Assembly (NCBI GenBank): GCA_046153645.1
Contig: JBJXGI010000039.1
Location: 1 to 12,897 of the forward strand
Direction: 5' to 3'
DNA: 12,897 nt
Origin: Elusimicrobiota bacterium
GTDB taxonomy: Bacteria; Elusimicrobiota; Elusimicrobia; F11
A program made the position numbers and the translations under genes. Shown here piece by piece: positions 8,332 to 12,897 of this stretch (positions are counted from its first letter, which is position 1; every line of letters begins with the position of its first letter). The notes below the pieces were generated by a model. The model saw only the letters and a list, made by a program, of their open reading frames with translations, made no database searches and had not been told where the DNA came from.

Positions 8332-9342
8332 TTGAACTGTTTAATTTTTGGTTATGGTTATATGGGAAAAATTCGTCAGGGTGTTTTAGCTCAACACTCG
8401 GATGTTAATTTGGTTGATGTTTACGACCCCTCTGTAGATCCTGTTAAATCTAAGTTAAATTCAAACCTTCTTCCTGCTGACCTTCCCATTAATTGGGATA
8501 AATATGATGCTGTTTTTGTTTGTACTCCGAATAATGTAACCGCCAATCTCGCTGTTCAAGCTTTAAAAAATAAAAAACATGTTTTCTGTGAAAAACCTCC
8601 GGGACGAAATTGGGAGGATTTTTGTCAAATTTATGAGGCTGCATTGGAAAATGTGGGGAAAAGAATTGTTTTTGGGTTCAACCACCGTTTACACCCCTCT
8701 ATTCAAGTCGCTCGTTCCATGATTGGGGAAGGGGGGTTGGGAAAAATTATTTATATGAAAGGAACCTACGGAAAATCTGGCGGAAATAAATATCGCGAAA
8801 GCTGGAGAAACAAAAAAGATGTTGCTGGTGGGGGAATCTTATTAGATCAAGGTATCCATATGTTAGATATTTTTTTATCGATTTTAGGACCTTGTGATGT
8901 TCAAGATGCAATTTTAAATGATGCTTTTTGGAAATGTGGCGTTGAAGATAATGCGTTTATTCTTTTAAAGTCTCAGAAGGGCGTTCCTGCTTTTTTACAT
9001 TCTTCCGCGACGTTGTGGAAACATACGTTTAAATTTGAAATTGGATGTGAAAATGGGTATTTGGTTGCCAGTGGCCTCCTTTCTAAAACGGGAAGTTACG
9101 GCAGAGAGCAATTGATCATCGGTAAACGCCAATTTGAAGATGAGGCCTTTGCACTTGGAAATCCAAGAGAAGAAATTATTCATTTCGACCGTGATGAATC
9201 TTGGGATAATGAAGTCAACGAGTTTATCGCAGCGATAAAAGAAAATCGCCCGGCCACCCATGGTACCTTAGATGAAGCAAGGGGCGTTATGCAAATTATT
9301 CACGATGTGTATTCAAAGAAGAAAATTTTTGTAAATGGATAA
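8332..9342 (+). CDS. Gfo/Idh/MocA family NAD(P)-dependent oxidoreductase
   Basis: LIFGYGYMG dinucleotide-binding start, DAVFVCTPN, HVFCEKP, GFNHR and WR......GGGILLDQGIHMLD. TTG start with a good SD. Confidence 0.92.
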   Translation: MNCLIFGYGYMGKIRQGVLAQHSDVNLVDVYDPSVDPVKSKLNSNLLPADLPINWDKYDAVFVCTPNNVTANLAVQALKNKKHVFCEKPPGRNWEDFCQIYEAALENVGKRIVFGFNHRLHPSIQVARSMIGEGGLGKIIYMKGTYGKSGGNKYRESWRNKKDVAGGGILLDQGIHMLDIFLSILGPCDVQDAILNDAFWKCGVEDNAFILLKSQKGVPAFLHSSATLWKHTFKFEIGCENGYLVASGLLSKTGSYGREQLIIGKRQFEDEAFALGNPREEIIHFDRDESWDNEVNEFIAAIKENRPATHGTLDEARGVMQIIHDVYSKKKIFVNG

Positions 9343-9345
9343 TTT

Positions 9346-10302
9346 ATGATTACAACTGAAACAAACTCTGTATTTCCGCTCTCTTCTGTTAAACCTTTAG
9401 ATAGTCTCACTGAGTATAGGCAGTTCTGCGTTGAAAAGACAAAAGAAGCTTTTAGAAATAAAACAATCGAACGTGTTTCTCCTGTGAATGGGAAACCTCT
9501 TTCTTTTTTGGGGGAGATTGATGGTCTCTCCTATGGAATGTGCGAAGAAACTCAAGGCTATTTTTTAACAAAAATGCCTTCAATGGAGCAGTGGCAGAAA
9601 CTGTTAAATGAAGTCAATCAAAAACGTTTTTCTCCCAAAGGTTTTCATGCTGAAGTTGACTCAACTCGGATGGAGAATGTTTATCGCCCTAAATTAGATT
9701 GGGTTCAAAATACACTTCGAATAGTGGGGATATCAAAACCTAAACTTTTAGAAGTGACAGTGTTACCAAGTCGACTTACTTCGCTATTAAAATCATCCGG
9801 AGTTTTTTCTGAAGTTATTACGGTTGATGAAACTGATATATCTCAAGGAAAATCTTCTGTGGATCAGGTTGACGTGGCCATTTTATTTGAGTCACTTGAT
9901 CGTGCTTGGGACCCCATATCTCTAATGAAGTTTGTAAAAAAATCTGTCAAAAAAGGTGGTCTCATATTTGTAACGGGTTTGGTTTCTTCTGGTTATGATA
10001 TGACAGTTCTTGGAACTAAAAATATGTATCTTTATCCGCCTGATAGAGCCAATTGTTTTTCTCGCCAAGGGATGCAGATTTTCCTAAAAAACAATGAATT
10101 TGAACTTATCGAATCGAGCACCCCAGGTGTTTTAGACATTGAGATTGTTTTGGCACATTTAAATCATGGAATTAACGTGCCTTTATCTGCTTTTGACAAA
10201 AGTATTTTATTTGGTGATATATCGGTTCGAAGTGATTTTCAGACCTTTTTACAAAAAGCAGGTTTAAGTTCATTTTTACGAATTGTAGGGAGAAATAAAT
10301 AA
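9346..10302 (+). CDS. Class I SAM-dependent methyltransferase-like protein with degenerate motif I
   Basis: The C-terminal part fits LPS-locus methyltransferases: VDVAILFESLDRAWDP (cf. D.I..FEVLEH..DP), VKKGGLIFV, GYD..VLG, YPP...N.FS, TPGVLDIEIV and FQTFL...GLSS. The glycine-rich SAM loop is replaced by LLEVTVLPS. Confidence 0.65.
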   Translation: MITTETNSVFPLSSVKPLDSLTEYRQFCVEKTKEAFRNKTIERVSPVNGKPLSFLGEIDGLSYGMCEETQGYFLTKMPSMEQWQKLLNEVNQKRFSPKGFHAEVDSTRMENVYRPKLDWVQNTLRIVGISKPKLLEVTVLPSRLTSLLKSSGVFSEVITVDETDISQGKSSVDQVDVAILFESLDRAWDPISLMKFVKKSVKKGGLIFVTGLVSSGYDMTVLGTKNMYLYPPDRANCFSRQGMQIFLKNNEFELIESSTPGVLDIEIVLAHLNHGINVPLSAFDKSILFGDISVRSDFQTFLQKAGLSSFLRIVGRNK

Positions 10303-10907
10303 TGTCGACAGAGTTTATTAATTCATATTTCAAAGAAGTTTCTGAAGTTGCAAGCAATCTTGATAAAGAAACTATAAACAAATTGGTTGAACGATTGGTT
10401 AAGCTTCGATCCGAAAAAGGAAGATTGTTTTTGTTGGGTGTTGGAGGGAGCGCTGGTAATTGTGGTCATGCCGTTAACGATTTTAGGAAATTGGCCGGAA
10501 TTGAGGCCTATGCGCCTACTGATAATGTTTCCGAATTAACAGCTCGAACAAATGATGAAGGTTGGGATACTGTGTTTTCCGGTTGGCTTAAAGTAAGTCA
10601 GGCAAATTCTAATGATGCTATTTTGATTTTTTCTGTTGGTGGGGGAAATCGCGAAAAAAATATCAGTCCCAATTTGGTTTCTGCCATTGATGAAGCAAAA
10701 TCCCGAAATATGACTGTTTTAGGAATTGTTGGAAGAGATGGGGGGTATACAAAACAAAAAGGTGATATTGTTGTTATTGTCCCTACTGTAAACCCTGGTA
10801 ATGTGACGCCACATTCCGAAGCTTTTCAGGCCGTTATTTGGCATGGTATTGTTTCTGATCCAAGACTTATGATGATTAGCAATAAATGGGAGTCAACAGT
10901 TAAATAA
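10302..10907 (+). CDS. SIS-domain phosphosugar isomerase (GmhA/phosphoheptose isomerase-like)
   Basis: GRLFLLGVGGSAGNCGH, ELTARTNDEGW, FSVGGG, SPNLVSAI, GIVGRDGG and TPHSEAFQAVIWH. The 201-aa length is typical of GmhA. TAATG overlap with the upstream gene. Confidence 0.87.
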   Translation: MSTEFINSYFKEVSEVASNLDKETINKLVERLVKLRSEKGRLFLLGVGGSAGNCGHAVNDFRKLAGIEAYAPTDNVSELTARTNDEGWDTVFSGWLKVSQANSNDAILIFSVGGGNREKNISPNLVSAIDEAKSRNMTVLGIVGRDGGYTKQKGDIVVIVPTVNPGNVTPHSEAFQAVIWHGIVSDPRLMMISNKWESTVK

Positions 10908-10918
10908 AAAGGATTGAA

Positions 10919-11815
10919 ATGAACACCCTAATTAAAAAAATAATATTTCTGCCTCTTGAAGTACTGAGTTCAATTTCGACTTTATATTCTTATTTGATAT
11001 CAATACTAAAACCAAGCTTTGGAAATTATTGGCTGGATAAACAAGCTGAGAAGAATAAAAGCTTAATAAAAAGTATTTCACACAAGGATGCTTTGGGGAA
11101 GTTGGTGGAGCTAAAGATCTATACCCCGAATTGGATTTGCAGGTTTAGGGCAGATACTTTTTCAACAAAAGAGCCTGAAACTTTAAATTGGATAGACAAA
11201 TATGGTGATGGCGGCACTTTATTCGATATTGGTGCGAATGTAGGACTTTATTCAATCTATTATGCGAAGACTAAACCGGGTAATGTTTATGCGTTTGAAC
11301 CTTCGGTATTTAATCTGGCGCAGCTGGCCAAAAATATCCATATAAATGGAACACAAAACAAAATTCAAATAATAACTAACCCACTCACTCAAGAAAATCA
11401 GTTTGCTGACTTTAACCTCTCTACCATCGATGAGGGAGGGGCATTGTCTGCGTTTGGGGTTGGATACGGGCAAGATGGTAATGCATTAGCGAAAAAATTT
11501 TCTTATAAAACATTGGGGTTATCTCTTGATTTTTTAATGAAAAATAATATTTTACCTGAACAACCTTCAATGATTAAAATGGATGTTGATGGAATAGAGC
11601 ATTTAATAATCGAAGGCGCAAAAGAAACGCTAAAAAATAAAAAATGTAAGACCATCCTGATAGAAGTAAATGATAGGTTTAAAGAACAGGCTCATCAAAT
11701 AACAAAAATTTTATCCGAGTGTGGATTTGTATTAGATGAAAAAATACAGTCAGACATTATTGCCGATTCAGGAGCGTTTTCTGGAATGTTTAATCAGATT
11801 TGGATTAAAAAATAA
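10919..11815 (+). CDS. FkbM family methyltransferase
   Basis: KEPETLNWI, LFDIGANVGLYSIY, VYAFEP, SLDFL, PSMIKMDVDGIEHLIIEGA and TILIEVN. SD-like AAGGA at 10909-10913. Confidence 0.9.
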   Translation: MNTLIKKIIFLPLEVLSSISTLYSYLISILKPSFGNYWLDKQAEKNKSLIKSISHKDALGKLVELKIYTPNWICRFRADTFSTKEPETLNWIDKYGDGGTLFDIGANVGLYSIYYAKTKPGNVYAFEPSVFNLAQLAKNIHINGTQNKIQIITNPLTQENQFADFNLSTIDEGGALSAFGVGYGQDGNALAKKFSYKTLGLSLDFLMKNNILPEQPSMIKMDVDGIEHLIIEGAKETLKNKKCKTILIEVNDRFKEQAHQITKILSECGFVLDEKIQSDIIADSGAFSGMFNQIWIKK

Positions 11816-11959
11816 AATGATAGGCTGAATATAGGGGCTATTTAATTTTAATTGAAATAAAATAACAATAGGTCTATCAGTTTTAATTTCAAAAAAATAA
11901 TTTTGAGAACTTTTCGAGAGAGATCTAGATAGTTATTTGTTCGTAAATTTTATTATAAA

Positions 11960-11964
11960 AAGGA
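11960..11964 (+). promoter_or_regulatory. Shine-Dalgarno sequence for the transaldolase
   Basis: AAGGA ending 7 nt before the ATG at 11972. Confidence 0.65.
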
Positions 11965-11971
11965 AATATAT

Positions 11972-12670
11972 ATGAAATCGTTAACAGGAATATTTTTAGA
12001 CACTGGAAAAATAAATGACATCGAAAAATATCATTCAATGGGGATTATTCGTGGGGTTACAACAAACCCAACAATCATGGTCAAAGATGGGGTCACTGGT
12101 GGCTGGAAAGGGATTGAACAACGGTCCAAAGAAATTGCGAAATTAATAGATCCGCTTCCGCTTTCAGTGGAGGTGTTATCAAATGAGCCCAAAGAAATGA
12201 TTCGCCAAGCGCAAGAATTTACGTCTTGGGCAAAAAATATAAATGTAAAGATCACAATTCATGGCCCCAAGGGTGAGCTTGAAAATGTTCGAGTCATCCA
12301 TGAATTAGAAACAAAATTGAACATCAGAGTGAATGTGACTGCCATGATGAGCGCTCAGCAGTGTTTATTGGCTTCTCAAGCAGGGGCGACCTATGTTTCT
12401 ATCTTTGGTGGACGAGTTAACAATATGGGTTATGATTCTCGTCAAGAAGTGGCTCGTCTGCGTCAGTTGTTAGATGCTTTTAATTCTCCAGCCAAGATTA
12501 TTGTTGGTTCGACAAGAGAAGTCTTGAATATCATTGAATGGTTTGAAGCGGGAGCTGATATTGTGACTGCTGTGCCATCTCTCATCGAAGGAATGTTGGT
12601 TCATCCTTATTCAAAAGAAACAGTTCAGATGTTTTTAGAAGACGCCAAGAAATTAGAAGCGAGCAAATAG
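11972..12670 (+). CDS. Small transaldolase (TalC/FSA family) with transaldolase-type catalytic signature
   Basis: IFLDTG, GVTTNPT, LSVEV (Glu), INVKIT (Schiff-base Lys), VNVTAMMSAQQ.LLA..AGATYVSIFGGR, IIVGSTR, AGADIVT and HPYS...V..FL.D. Confidence 0.92.
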   Translation: MKSLTGIFLDTGKINDIEKYHSMGIIRGVTTNPTIMVKDGVTGGWKGIEQRSKEIAKLIDPLPLSVEVLSNEPKEMIRQAQEFTSWAKNINVKITIHGPKGELENVRVIHELETKLNIRVNVTAMMSAQQCLLASQAGATYVSIFGGRVNNMGYDSRQEVARLRQLLDAFNSPAKIIVGSTREVLNIIEWFEAGADIVTAVPSLIEGMLVHPYSKETVQMFLEDAKKLEASK

Positions 12671-12897
12671 TGCCAAGCTCTATTCAACCACTCAAAAACA
12701 GAGACATTGCTTTTGGAGGATGGACTTCGCTTGGGCATTCTTCCATTACGGAAATGTTAAGCAAGTCTGGAGTTGGTTTTATAGGAATTGATTTAGAACA
12801 TAGCACGATCAGCTTGGAACAATCTCAAAGTATCATTGCAACTGCTCAAGCGGCTGGACTTGTTTGTTACCCGAGAGTTTCGTCCCATAATTATGAA
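12670..12897 (+). CDS. 5' part (partial) of an HpcH/HpaI family class II pyruvate aldolase
   Basis: Not in the ORF track. GTG at 12670 overlaps the transaldolase TAG. It translates MPSSIQPLKNRDIAFGGWTSLGHSSITEMLSKSGVGFIGIDLEHSTISLEQSQSIIATAQAAGLVCYPRVSSHNYE and stays open to the window end. G.W, DxEH and the RV motif with the catalytic Arg are HpcH/HpaI/GarL hallmarks. Confidence 0.88.
   Translation, partial: MPSSIQPLKNRDIAFGGWTSLGHSSITEMLSKSGVGFIGIDLEHSTISLEQSQSIIATAQAAGLVCYPRVSSHNYE

Noticed and set aside
8725..8741. GGGGAAGGGGGGTTGGG as a G-quadruplex
   Set aside because: Only three separated G tracts, fully explained by the codons for GEGGLG.
9346..10302. Pseudogene call for the methyltransferase-like ORF
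   Set aside because: No frameshift or internal stop, and it is coupled to both neighbours. Kept as a CDS.
938..12255. Short minus-strand ORFs in the track (938-1153, 1668-1889, 1911-2093, 3140-3373, 3348-3683, 6131-6343, 8995-9261, 10172-10381, 11252-11473, 12031-12255)
   Set aside because: All lie antisense to well-supported genes, are 60-111 aa and have no recognisable motifs. They are shadow ORFs.
1..12897. CRISPR arrays, tRNA/rRNA, IS/transposase/integrase, defence systems, JUMPstart/ops element, intrinsic terminators
   Set aside because: The window is almost entirely coding. By eye I found no periodic repeats, structural RNA signatures, recombinase motifs, GGCGGTAG ops core or GC hairpin + U-tract in the intergenic gaps.

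Overview
AT-rich bacterial DNA holding the interior of one large, tightly packed + strand operon for surface glycan biosynthesis (LPS O-antigen, capsule or protein glycosylation). It has 13 co-oriented CDSs, two of them cut by the window edges and missed by the ORF track. The left part is a GDP-route legionaminic-acid-type (nonulosonate) module: HisH-like glutaminase (3' end), WbuX/PseA/PtmG-type N-acetyl-sugar amidotransferase, CBS + nucleotidyltransferase (PtmE/LegX-like), LegB dehydratase and LegC aminotransferase. The middle has two large orphan proteins with GT-B-like C-termini, a Gfo/Idh/MocA oxidoreductase and a methyltransferase-like protein with degenerate motifs. The right part has a non-canonical GmhA-like SIS isomerase, an FkbM methyltransferase that looks like an inserted cassette, a small transaldolase and an HpcH/HpaI pyruvate aldolase (5' part). 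The most interesting signal is two carbon-chain-building enzymes plus an isomerase co-located with Leg genes. No NeuB, NeuC or CMP-synthetase gene is in view, although they may lie outside the window. This hints at an uncharacterised higher-carbon sugar or ulosonate pathway. I saw no RNA genes, CRISPR arrays or mobile-element genes. All calls come from motif recognition by eye, with no database searches.
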